Source: Verrucomicrobiota bacterium (GTDB taxonomy: Bacteria > Verrucomicrobiota > Verrucomicrobiia > Chthoniobacterales > Chthoniobacteraceae). Taken from it: a stretch of DNA of 64,000 bases. The translations under genes and the position numbers were made by a program. The stretch is from positions 4,592-68,591 of the forward strand of contig JBAWZW010000001.1 in the NCBI GenBank assembly GCA_037142835.1. The letters run 5' to 3'. The notes beneath the pieces are model-generated. The model saw nothing but the letters and a program-made list of their open reading frames with translations, was not told where the DNA came from and ran no database searches. Positions 45,448 through 54,622 of the stretch are shown here, piece after piece. Position 1 is the stretch's first letter. Each line of letters begins with the position of its first letter.

Positions 45448-46370
45448 AACAGCTCACCCTGGGTCGACTCCACCACCACCGACGAAGTTATTCCCGCTTC
45501 CTCCGCCCGAACTTCCGCAATTAGGGATTTAAAGTCGCACTTTTCTAACTCCGCGATGAGCTCTCGCCAACGCGGCAGGATCTTTAACTCGTCAATCGGG
45601 GTGGGCAAAGGAAGATCTAGATCAAGTCGAATCATCTCTCGATTTTGCTCGATCTGCTCAAGAGCCGTCTGAACTTTATCCCGCAAACGATCATTCTCAA
45701 TCGCGTTAGGATTCGCCAAAATCGCGTCGAGCGGTCCGTAATTCGCCAACAATGCCACCGCCCCTTTAACCCCGAGACCAAAGACGCCAGGAATGTTATC
45801 GGCTTGATCTCCAGTCAGCGCCAACATCTCCGCAATTTGCCAAGGAGGAATCCCCCACTTCTTTGACACCGCTTCCACGCCAAGGAGGGCAAACGTGTCC
45901 TTCGGAGAAGAAAAATCCGCTTTAATCGTGGAGTAGATTTTCACCCGATCGTTCACCAACTGAAAGAGATCCTTGTCCCTCGTCGCCACAAAAACTTCGT
46001 GCCCCTCTGCCGTCGCCGCTACCGCGTAGGATGCGATCAAATCGTCGGCCTCTGTTTCAGGCAAAGAAAGACCAGCGAATCCCAGCAATGGCAGAAGATT
46101 CTGCAGGAAAACAAGTTGCGACCGCATATTTTCGGGCATCTCGGCTCGCTGTTGCTTATAAGCTGGCTGTAAGGCCGCCCGACGAAGCGGGATGCCTCTG
46201 TCCCAAACCACCGCCCCGTAGTCCGGAGATAGATCCCTGACCATCTTCCGAACCGCCTTCACAAAACCATAAATCGCACTGACTGGTTCACCCCGAGAGT
46301 TCTTCAAGTCTCGGATCGCAAAAAAAGACCGGTAGGCGTAGTAATGACCATCGATAAGCAAAAGTTTCAT
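45444..46370 (-). CDS. Stand-alone 5'-3' exonuclease (PolI N-terminal/FEN-like)
   Basis: LIDG, EADDLI, TRDKDLFQL and ALTGDQADNIPGVFGLG; C-terminus QGELF. Confidence 0.93.
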   Translation of the reverse strand: MKLLLIDGHYYAYRSFFAIRDLKNSRGEPVSAIYGFVKAVRKMVRDLSPDYGAVVWDRGIPLRRAALQPAYKQQRAEMPENMRSQLVFLQNLLPLLGFAGLSLPETEADDLIASYAVAATAEGHEVFVATRDKDLFQLVNDRVKIYSTIKADFSSPKDTFALLGVEAVSKKWGIPPWQIAEMLALTGDQADNIPGVFGLGVKGAVALLANYGPLDAILANPNAIENDRLRDKVQTALEQIEQNREMIRLDLDLPLPTPIDELKILPRWRELIAELEKCDFKSLIAEVRAEEAGITSSVVVESTQGELF

Positions 46371-46482
46371 AAGTAGATCGAAGAGTACGGGCGGACCAAG
46401 AATAGTGCCCAAGGCCAAGTTCTGCCAAACCTCTTCAAACGATCAGCCAGACAAATTTACGCCTCACCTAAACTGCCCAGAA

Positions 46483-46614
46483 CTAGTCGTCGAGATCGAA
46501 TCGCATCTGCGCAGGAGGAACGCGACGATCACGCTCCCGGGCGCGAACCTGACGCCGATGAAGCCAAATAAATAAAAGCGAAACCAAAGTGAGCTCCACA
46601 ATGAGGTCGTACAT
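46483..46614 (-). CDS. Putative 43-aa single-TM peptide downstream of lexA (not in the ORF track)
   Basis: Hand translation gives MYDLIVELTLVSLLFIWLHRRQVRARERDRRVPPAQMRFDLDD*. It starts 21 nt after the lexA stop and has positive-inside topology. Confidence 0.55.
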   Translation of the reverse strand: MYDLIVELTLVSLLFIWLHRRQVRARERDRRVPPAQMRFDLDD

Positions 46615-46635
46615 AATATTCAAAATGGGTTCCAA

Positions 46636-47244
46636 TCAAAACTTCCGAATCAATCCGACCAACACCCCTTGAATGATTAACTCCGCAATCGGAATTAGAT
46701 CAGGAAACAACGGGTTTTCAGCGTGAAGAAATGGGCGTTCCCGCTCCACGAGATAGCGCTTCAGGGTGGTCTCCCCATCAATCAATGCCGCCACAACCGC
46801 CCCAGATACCGGCGGACGATTCTCCAAAACAACCAAGTCCCCATGATAAATCCCTGCCCCAATCATCGAGTCTCCGCGGACTTTCAAAGCAAAGACCCTT
46901 TGCCCCCTTCGTAGCCCGATACTCGCCGCGTCGATCGATACCAATCCTTGATTATCCTGTTCCGTTGTCTCCGAGTAACCCGCGGCAATCTGCCCATAAA
47001 GAGGAACATCAATAATCGTCCGCCTCTCCAGTTGACTCATCGGCACCGCCGCTCGAGCTCGGCCATCTGCCTTCTGAATCACTCCCTTTCGCTCCAAAGC
47101 GCGCAGGTGGTTGATTGCCGCTGTCTGGCTACTAAACCCAAAGTGCTTTTGAATTTCCCGACTCGATGGAATTAATCCCGACTGCGCCTGCGAGTCGGCA
47201 ATAAAATCCAAAACTTCCTGCTGACGTTGCGTGAGCTTGTTCAT
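46636..47244 (-). CDS. lexA: SOS repressor LexA
   Basis: LTQRQQEVL, PSSREI, HLRALERKG, GQIAAG (Ala-Gly cleavage site), VRGDSMI (Ser) and TLKR (Lys). Confidence 0.96.
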   Translation of the reverse strand: MNKLTQRQQEVLDFIADSQAQSGLIPSSREIQKHFGFSSQTAAINHLRALERKGVIQKADGRARAAVPMSQLERRTIIDVPLYGQIAAGYSETTEQDNQGLVSIDAASIGLRRGQRVFALKVRGDSMIGAGIYHGDLVVLENRPPVSGAVVAALIDGETTLKRYLVERERPFLHAENPLFPDLIPIAELIIQGVLVGLIRKF

Positions 47245-47257
47245 GTTCTTGCGAACA
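47244..47257. promoter_or_regulatory. Verrucomicrobia-type LexA box TGTTC-N4-GAACA
   Basis: Perfect TGTTC-TTGC-GAACA overlapping the lexA start. A degenerate second site TGCCA-TAAT-GAACA lies at 47259-47272. Confidence 0.85.
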
Positions 47258-47354
47258 CTGCCATAATGAACACCCTTTGCAATCAAAAAATTACTGCCCA
47301 TTAGATTGATTTGATCTTTTCCTTCTGAAGGTTGCTCGGCAATAAGGCAGGCGT

Positions 47355-48113
47355 ATGAACATTCTCATCTTAGCCGCAGGTTACGCTACTCGACTCTATC
47401 CCCTTACCCTCAACCTCCCAAAACCACTCCTCCCCGTCGCCGGTAAACCCATGATGGAGTGGGTCATCGATAACCTCGCACCCATCCAAGGCATCGAAAA
47501 AGTCTATGTCGTCACCAACCACAAATTCGCAGAGGCCTTTCAAAATTGGGCCAGTGAGTATAACCAAACCCACGCCAAAATTTCCTTTGAAATCATCGAC
47601 GACGGTTCCACCAGCGACCTCGATAAATTAGGGGCAATCGGAGATATGTCCCACGTCATCCAGCGCTGTGGCATCGATCAAAGTGACCTCATTGTCGTCG
47701 CAGGAGACAACCTATTTAGCCAAAGTCTGGAAGACTTTGGCACTTTCTGCCTCGGAAAAAATCAGCCGGTTCTCGGCATCTACGATGTCCAATCTCTCGA
47801 GCAGGCCAAGAAATATGGGGTCGTCGACCTTGACGAAACTGGCACCATTTCTCAGTTCATCGAAAAGCCCGAGAACCCACCCAGTACCCTGATCGGGATC
47901 GCCCTCTACTTCTATCCCGCAACCACCGTCCAGCGCGTCGCCCAATATCTCGAAGAAGGAAATAATCCCGATCAACCAGGCCGATTCATCCAGTGGCTCT
48001 ATCCTCGAACTCCCGTTCAAACTTGGTGCGTTCCGGGAACTTGGTTCGATGTCGGTAGCAAAGAAACCCTCGAAGAAGCCAATCAGGTATTCGCCGAATT
48101 CGCGGGGAAGTAG
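47355..48113 (+). CDS. Sugar-phosphate nucleotidyltransferase
   Basis: ILAAGYATRLYPLT, PKPLL, IAGDN-like VAGDNL, FIEKP and WFDVG. Confidence 0.92.
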   Translation: MNILILAAGYATRLYPLTLNLPKPLLPVAGKPMMEWVIDNLAPIQGIEKVYVVTNHKFAEAFQNWASEYNQTHAKISFEIIDDGSTSDLDKLGAIGDMSHVIQRCGIDQSDLIVVAGDNLFSQSLEDFGTFCLGKNQPVLGIYDVQSLEQAKKYGVVDLDETGTISQFIEKPENPPSTLIGIALYFYPATTVQRVAQYLEEGNNPDQPGRFIQWLYPRTPVQTWCVPGTWFDVGSKETLEEANQVFAEFAGK

Positions 48114-48120
48114 CGCCCGA

Positions 48121-49281
48121 TTGAAAATCACCCTCATTCATTATACCTACGCCCCAATCGTCGGGGGCGTAGAAATCGTCCTCGCCGAACACGCCCGACT
48201 TTTCGCCGACCACGGCCACGAAGTCACCGTGCTTTGTCAACGCGGCGCCAGCCTCGATCCCCGCATCCAAATTCGCCAGATTCCCTCATCCGATCACCCC
48301 GAGACCCTCACGGCTTTTCTTTCCGCTACTTTAGAAAATCAATCGGTGGTTTTTCTCCACAATCTCGCCACCATGCCCTTCCACTTGCCCCTCACAAAGG
48401 CACTCTGGGAAGTAGCTACCCAGCTTCTCCACACCCGCTTTATCGCCTGGATTCACGATATCGCTCACTGCCATCCCGACTATGCTTCCACCACCATCCC
48501 CAACGCGTCGGGAAGGATCCTCAATCAAGCTCACCCACGCTACGAGTTCATCGCCATCTCCGAACTCCGACGCCGACAATGGACCGAGCTCACCGGTGCC
48601 CCATGCGAGATCATTCCCAACGGATTAAATCCCTCTCGATGCCTCGGACTATCCCCATCCATCGCCCATCTCGCCAGCCAACATCAACTCTTCGACCGCG
48701 AAATCCTCCTGCTCCACCCTACCCGCTTACTCCGTCGCAAAAATCTCGAACTCGGTCTCCATGTCGTGTCCGCACTCCAATCCAGCGGACGATCTGTAGC
48801 CTACTTGATCACCGGTCCACCCGACGAACACAACCCGCGCTCTCGGGAGTATGTCGCCGAACTCCTCCAACTTCGGACCCAACTCCACCTCACCAATGAG
48901 GCGATTTTTCTTCACGAAGAAACCCCCGTCGGCGACCACGATTTAGCTAGCCTTTTTACCCTCGCCGACGCCCTTTTCTTCCCCAGTCGCCAAGAAGGTT
49001 TCGGCCTTCCCATCCTCGAGGCCGCCCTCCACCGTCTCCCCATTTTTACCGCCGACATCGAGCCCCTCAACACCATTCTCCAACACGGAATCCACCATTT
49101 TCATCTCGACGATCCACCCCAAAAAATCGCCACCCAAATCATTGACAAACTTGCCTCGACCGCCTCCTGGCAAGCGAATACTCAAGTCCGTCACCAATAC
49201 GCTTGGTCCGCTATCTATAAAAAATACCTCGCGCCACTTCTCGCACGAAAACACTCCAGATCACTCTTGCTATCCTCATGA
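48121..49281 (+). CDS. GT4-family glycosyltransferase
   Basis: TTG start MKITLIHY, GGVE, TRLLRRKN and FPSRQEGFGLPILEA. Confidence 0.88.
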   Translation: MKITLIHYTYAPIVGGVEIVLAEHARLFADHGHEVTVLCQRGASLDPRIQIRQIPSSDHPETLTAFLSATLENQSVVFLHNLATMPFHLPLTKALWEVATQLLHTRFIAWIHDIAHCHPDYASTTIPNASGRILNQAHPRYEFIAISELRRRQWTELTGAPCEIIPNGLNPSRCLGLSPSIAHLASQHQLFDREILLLHPTRLLRRKNLELGLHVVSALQSSGRSVAYLITGPPDEHNPRSREYVAELLQLRTQLHLTNEAIFLHEETPVGDHDLASLFTLADALFFPSRQEGFGLPILEAALHRLPIFTADIEPLNTILQHGIHHFHLDDPPQKIATQIIDKLASTASWQANTQVRHQYAWSAIYKKYLAPLLARKHSRSLLLSS

Positions 49282-51539
49282 AAAATTCGGCGCAAATTCC
49301 CACGATCGACCATCATTCCCTCGCCACCATTCTCTCCGCAGAAAACCCTGATCCTTTTGCCTGCCTTGGGATGCACGAAGTCAGCAACCAGATTGTCGTT
49401 CGTGTTTTCCGCCCAGATGCCGCCACCGTAACCATCAGGGCGACTGACTCTTCCAACTCCACCTACCCTGCTCTTCAAGTTCACCCCGATGGATTTTTTG
49501 AAGCCGTACTTCCCCCCACTCTCACCCGTTTCCCCTACGTCCTCGATTGTACGACCGCAGACGGACACGCGTGGACTGAACAGGATCCTTACGCCTTCGG
49601 TGCACTACTCGACTCCTCTGACCTCGACCAAATGAACCGCGGCGAACACTGGGAACTTTACCGAAAACTCGGCGCCCATCTCACCGCAATCGAAGGCGTC
49701 GCAGGCGTCACTTTTCGCGTCTGGGCTCCCAACGCTCAACGCGTCAGCGTCGTCGGCGACTTCAATGCCTGGGACGGACGCCGCCACCCCATGAGAAAAT
49801 ATGGCAACGGTGTCTGGGAGATTTTTCTGCCATCGATCACCGAAGGCGCACACTACAAATTTGAGGTCCGGCAAAGCCACGGGGCCGTTGTCAAAAAAAG
49901 CGATCCTTGGGCCTTTTTTGGCCAACACGGACCATCCACTGCCTCTCTCGTTTTTGACCTTAACCGCTTCACCTGGAGCGACACAGATCTCGCTTGGATG
50001 AAAGCGCGCCGCCCCAAATCCCCGCATCTCGAACCCATGAGTATCTACGAGGTCCATCTCGGGTCATGGAAACGACACGTCGAAGAAAATCGCCCCCTCA
50101 GCTACCGCGAACTCGCCGAAACGCTCCTCCCCTATGTCGTCGAAATGGGCTACACCCATCTCGAATTATTACCCGTCGCCGAACATCCTTGCGACGAATC
50201 TTGGGGTTACCAAATTACTGGTTACTTCGCCCCCACCTCTCGCTTTGGAGACCCCGACGAATTTCGCTATTTCATCGATCGTTGCCACGCCGCAGGCATC
50301 GGCGTCATCCTCGACTGGGTCCCCGGTCACTTCATTACCGATGAACACGGCCTCGCAAATTTCGATGGAACTCACCTCTACGAACATGCTGACCCACGCC
50401 AAGGCCAACAAATGGACTGGGGAACTCTCAACTTTAATTTCGGCCGCCACGAAGTGCGCAACTTCCTCATCGCCAATGCTCTCTTCTGGTTCGATCAGTT
50501 TCATATCGATGGCCTCCGCGTCGATGGCGTCGCCTCCATGCTTTATCTCGACTACTCCCGCAAGCCAGGCCAGTGGGTCCCCAATCAATACGGTGGCAAC
50601 GAAAATCTCGAAGCCATCGCCTTTCTAAAGTCCTTCAACGAAGTCAGTTACTCCCGCTTCCCCGGAATTTTTACCATCGCTGAAGAAAGCACCGCCTGGC
50701 CAGGCGTTTCCCAACCCACTTATCTCGGCGGTCTTGGCTTTGGTCTGAAATGGAATCTCGGCTGGATGCACGACTTTCTCGACTTCATGCACCGCGATCC
50801 CAGTCACCGTAAATTTCACCAAGGCGACATCACCTTCTCCCTCCTTTACGCCTTTAAAGAACACTTCGTGCTCGTTCTGAGCCACGACGAAGTCGTCCAC
50901 GGAAAAAAATCACTCCTTTCCAAAATGCCCGGCGATCGCTGGCAGCAGTTTGCCAATCTCCGCCTCCTCTACGCTTGGATGTTTGCTCATCCTGGGAAAA
51001 AACTCCTCTTTATGGGAGGTGAATTCGGACAACTTCACGAGTGGAATCACCGACAGTCCCTCGACTGGCATCTCTGCGACCAACCAGATCATGCGGGGCT
51101 TCAGCGCCTCGTCAAAGACCTCAACCACCTCTACAAAAATCAACCCGCGCTTTTTGACCAAGACGACACTTACGATAGTTTCCAGTGGATCGACTTTCAG
51201 GATAACGACCACTCCGTCTTCTCCTTCCTCCGCAAGTCTCGCGAGGGCGAAACCATCGCCTTCATCATCAACGCCACCCCAGTCCCACGAGAGGGATACA
51301 GAATCGGCGTCCCCAGCGAGGGGTGGTGGAAGGAAATCATCAACACCGACTCCTCAACCTACGGTGGATCAAACATCGGCAACCTTGGTGGTCAAAATAG
51401 CCTCTCAGAACCTTGGCAAGGATTGCCCAACTCTCTTCTCCTCACCCTCCCTCCGCTCGCCGTCATCGGGCTAAAATATCAACCCATCCCTACTCCCCCA
51501 CCAGTTCTCCAAAAAATCTCCGTAGCACCCTCGAAATAA
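49278..51539 (+). CDS. glgB: 1,4-alpha-glucan branching enzyme
   Basis: WAPNA, YEVHLGSW, WGYQ, ILDWVPGHF, GLRVDGVASM, AEESTAWP and LSHDEVVHGK. Confidence 0.97.
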   Translation: MKNSAQIPTIDHHSLATILSAENPDPFACLGMHEVSNQIVVRVFRPDAATVTIRATDSSNSTYPALQVHPDGFFEAVLPPTLTRFPYVLDCTTADGHAWTEQDPYAFGALLDSSDLDQMNRGEHWELYRKLGAHLTAIEGVAGVTFRVWAPNAQRVSVVGDFNAWDGRRHPMRKYGNGVWEIFLPSITEGAHYKFEVRQSHGAVVKKSDPWAFFGQHGPSTASLVFDLNRFTWSDTDLAWMKARRPKSPHLEPMSIYEVHLGSWKRHVEENRPLSYRELAETLLPYVVEMGYTHLELLPVAEHPCDESWGYQITGYFAPTSRFGDPDEFRYFIDRCHAAGIGVILDWVPGHFITDEHGLANFDGTHLYEHADPRQGQQMDWGTLNFNFGRHEVRNFLIANALFWFDQFHIDGLRVDGVASMLYLDYSRKPGQWVPNQYGGNENLEAIAFLKSFNEVSYSRFPGIFTIAEESTAWPGVSQPTYLGGLGFGLKWNLGWMHDFLDFMHRDPSHRKFHQGDITFSLLYAFKEHFVLVLSHDEVVHGKKSLLSKMPGDRWQQFANLRLLYAWMFAHPGKKLLFMGGEFGQLHEWNHRQSLDWHLCDQPDHAGLQRLVKDLNHLYKNQPALFDQDDTYDSFQWIDFQDNDHSVFSFLRKSREGETIAFIINATPVPREGYRIGVPSEGWWKEIINTDSSTYGGSNIGNLGGQNSLSEPWQGLPNSLLLTLPPLAVIGLKYQPIPTPPPVLQKISVAPSK

Positions 51540-51712
51540 AAGATTTACGCCAATCCATTTCATCCTCACTTTCCCTCATTTTTCCTCAACCAACTCGCCC
51601 AAATTAGCTCAGCCAAGCCGTCTTCCACCTTCTTCAGAATTCCCTTAAAAAAAAGTTGCCAGCCCAATTTCAACTGATAGATTCAAGTAAATAACCAATA
51701 ATAATTAAAATT

Positions 51713-52438
51713 ATGCGTCTGAAACCAACTCAACAAAGCGCCTTCACCCTGATCGAACTCCTCGTCGTCATCTCGATCATCGCCATCCTCGCGGGCATCT
51801 CCCTTCCCGTTTTTAGCCAAGTCAAAATTCGGGGCGAGCAAACCAAGGCTCTCGCCCACGCCAAACAAATCGGTCTTGCCTGCAAGCTGTATGCACAAGA
51901 TTACAGCGGATCCTTTCCAATCTACACCGACCTCGCAGCTAAAACGCCCGCGACCTCCTCATCCACCGCAAACCAAATCCTCCAAACCCTTATCCCTGAT
52001 TACGTCCCAGACAAATCTCTTTTTATCGTTAACAAATCTAAGTACTGTAAAAACGCTGGAACGGCCGCCGCCAATAGTGCCGAAGGTATTAACAAACTCG
52101 GTCCCGCTGAAAGCGAGTGGGCTTATGTGGCCGGTTTGAACGACACCTCTTTCGGCCGATGGCCCATCCTAGCCGACGGATTTTACCAAAACACTACCTA
52201 CTCGCCCATCGAAACCGAATACGGTGGAGTTTGGCAGGCAAAAAAAGCCATCGTCATTCGCTGTGATATGAGTGGAGCCGTAGAAACCCTCAAAAAATCC
52301 GACAAAACCGTAAAGCGAAACGCCGAGGAAGCTGACGCCACCGCTAAAGACGCCTTCGCCGATGGTGCAGGTGATACCCCCCCTTGGTTCGCTTTTTCTG
52401 ATACCCTCTTTCTTGCCCAGGCCCAAAAAGCCCAGTAA
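51713..52438 (+). CDS. Prepilin-type N-terminal cleavage/methylation domain protein
   Basis: SAFTLIELLVVISIIAILAGISLP and AKQIGLACKLYAQD. Confidence 0.9.
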   Translation: MRLKPTQQSAFTLIELLVVISIIAILAGISLPVFSQVKIRGEQTKALAHAKQIGLACKLYAQDYSGSFPIYTDLAAKTPATSSSTANQILQTLIPDYVPDKSLFIVNKSKYCKNAGTAAANSAEGINKLGPAESEWAYVAGLNDTSFGRWPILADGFYQNTTYSPIETEYGGVWQAKKAIVIRCDMSGAVETLKKSDKTVKRNAEEADATAKDAFADGAGDTPPWFAFSDTLFLAQAQKAQ

Positions 52439-52464
52439 TCAGTATCGTTTGTTGTTGTTCGTTG

Positions 52465-52499
52465 AAAACAGGCTCCAGTTCGCTGGAGCCTGTTTTTTT
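52465..52499. terminator. Bidirectional intrinsic terminator
   Basis: AAAACAGGCTCCAG-TTCG-CTGGAGCCTGTTTTTTT between convergent genes. Confidence 0.9.
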
Positions 52500-52523
52500 G
52501 CGAAAATCGCCCGCTATATTTCT

Positions 52524-53927
52524 CTAGCCACCCTCCTGACCCAAATATTTAACCTCCACCCGCGACTCCACTCTCCCATCCCTGAACTGCGTCGTTAGCG
52601 TCATTCCCTCCTTCACATCCCCCACCGATCCCACCATCTTCCCACCCTCACCCATCGTCATCGTGTATCCCCTCGCCAAGATCGCCTGCGGAGCAAGTAA
52701 ACCCAGCATCTCCTCCAACCGCCTCAATTGATCCGCCCTCGCTTTCCTCGCATCCTTACTTTTCCGCAGAAACCGCTCTTCCAGCGCATCAAAAGCCTGC
52801 CGCCGCAATGCCAAAAGCTGGTCCGGCCGATACTCCCGTAACCGAGATTGTAACCCCATCACCTGGTGGCGCCCTCGTTCCATCCCCCGCCCCAGCGCTC
52901 TCTCCAACGATTCCTGCGCCAAATCCGTTCTCTGCGACGCCTCAGCCAATCGCTTTTCCGGCTCCCGAAATAATCCACTCCTCGCCAGCACCTCCACCCC
53001 TCGGCGCTTTTCCGCCAGGCCACTCACCAAGCTTCGCCCCAATCGCATCGCCAGTTCCCCAATCCGACGGATCAGCTCCCCACCATCCGGTGCGATCAAC
53101 TCCGCCGCCGCACTCGGGGTCGGCGCCCGCAAGTCCGCCACAAAATCGGCAATCGTAAAATCAATCTCATGACCCACCGCTGAAACCACCGGAAGAGCAG
53201 AGCCCGCAATCGCCCGTGCCAGCACATCTTCATTAAAAGCCCAAAGATCCTCCACGCTCCCCCCTCCCCTCGTCACCACAATTAAATCCAATTCCCGCTC
53301 CCCAGACTTTGCTAAACGATTCAAAGCCTCAATCCCAGAAGCCACCTCTTCCGCTGCGCCTCCACCTTGCACCCGGGCCGGAAACAAAACCACCCGCAAC
53401 CACGGCGCACGACGCCCCAACACACTCAACATATCTCGCAAAGCCGCCCCAGTCGCCGAGGTCACAATCCCCATCGCTTTCGGGAATCTTGGAAGGGCTC
53501 GCTTTCTCGAAGCCTCAAATAATCCCTCCGCCTGCAACTGCCTTTTCAACGCCTCAAACTTTGCCTGCAAAAGCCCTGCTCCACCCGCCTGCACGATCTG
53601 CACATTCATCTGATACTGCCCACGCGCCTCATAGACCGTCAAAACTCCCCGCACCTGAATCTGCATGCCCTCCGCCAATGCCACCGACTTCAACCTCGTT
53701 CCCCCACGAGCAAACCGCACGCAAGAGAGTTGCGCCGAGGCATCCTTCAAAACAAAATACTCATGCCCGCTCGCCTGTTTCCGATAATTACTAACCTCAC
53801 CCTCCACCCAAATAGTTCCAATTTCATCCTCCAAAACACCTCGCACCGTCTTGGTAATTTCACTGACAGAAAAGACCCTCGGTTCCTCTCTTTTCCCCTT
53901 AACCTCCCCAAAAAAATCATCATTCAT
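52524..53927 (-). CDS. xseA: Exodeoxyribonuclease VII large subunit
   Basis: WVEGEVSN, GIVTSATGAALRD, RGGGSVEDL, SAVGHEIDF and APTPSAAAE. Confidence 0.96.
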   Translation of the reverse strand: MNDDFFGEVKGKREEPRVFSVSEITKTVRGVLEDEIGTIWVEGEVSNYRKQASGHEYFVLKDASAQLSCVRFARGGTRLKSVALAEGMQIQVRGVLTVYEARGQYQMNVQIVQAGGAGLLQAKFEALKRQLQAEGLFEASRKRALPRFPKAMGIVTSATGAALRDMLSVLGRRAPWLRVVLFPARVQGGGAAEEVASGIEALNRLAKSGERELDLIVVTRGGGSVEDLWAFNEDVLARAIAGSALPVVSAVGHEIDFTIADFVADLRAPTPSAAAELIAPDGGELIRRIGELAMRLGRSLVSGLAEKRRGVEVLARSGLFREPEKRLAEASQRTDLAQESLERALGRGMERGRHQVMGLQSRLREYRPDQLLALRRQAFDALEERFLRKSKDARKARADQLRRLEEMLGLLAPQAILARGYTMTMGEGGKMVGSVGDVKEGMTLTTQFRDGRVESRVEVKYLGQEGG

Positions 53928-53962
53928 CTCATTCTCCTCCAATATTTTAGCATATATTAATG

Positions 53963-54622
53963 TCAATACTTTTCATAAAAACGCAACGCCTCGATCTGAC
54001 TCCCAAGCTCGCGCAACGGATACATTCCCCGATCCGCCCCAATCCCAGGGTCACGGGTCAAATAATCAAACCCATCCTTCCCTGCCACCACCACAAAGTG
54101 CGTCACGCCCGATTTCATCCGCAAGCGCACAATCACGGGATTTCCCCGAGCTAAATTACCATCAATCAACTCATAAGAAGGCAAATCCTCGTAGACATGC
54201 CGAACTCGATCTCCCCCCAACTCCGCCGCTTTCTCCCAGTAAATCCACCCTTCGGGCGTGTATCCTTGGTTCTTTTGTAAATAGGCGTTCAAGCGATGGG
54301 GATCCGTGTCCACCCCATAACTAGCCAAAACCATCGCCGCAGATGTCACCGCGCATCCTTCTGCACCTAAAGTATTTACAGTATTTCCAAGCAAATCATG
54401 AGCCCATCGATCATCCGCCTGCCGAAACAAGGGCACCGCTAGCTCCACCCGCCAAAAAAAATATCGCCCCCCGCTGGCCTCGATCTTCTCCTTTCGAGAC
54501 CATCCCTTCGCCCATTCAGCGTAACCGATCCACCCCACCACCACCCCCACGACTAACCCCAGCAGCATCCACTGCCTAAAACGCCCCAAAATATTCCCGC
54601 TCCCCTTCTCCCTTCCACTCAT
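53963..54622 (-). CDS. Membrane-anchored C39-like peptidase
   Basis: N-terminal TM, PLFRQADDRW, GCAVTSAAM, HFVVVAG and DP. Confidence 0.8.
   Translation of the reverse strand: MSGREKGSGNILGRFRQWMLLGLVVGVVVGWIGYAEWAKGWSRKEKIEASGGRYFFWRVELAVPLFRQADDRWAHDLLGNTVNTLGAEGCAVTSAAMVLASYGVDTDPHRLNAYLQKNQGYTPEGWIYWEKAAELGGDRVRHVYEDLPSYELIDGNLARGNPVIVRLRMKSGVTHFVVVAGKDGFDYLTRDPGIGADRGMYPLRELGSQIEALRFYEKY

Noticed and set aside
51713-52438. Prepilin-like gene as a novel secretion system
   Set aside because: It is a solitary member of a family that is highly expanded in PVC bacteria, with no assembly genes adjacent.
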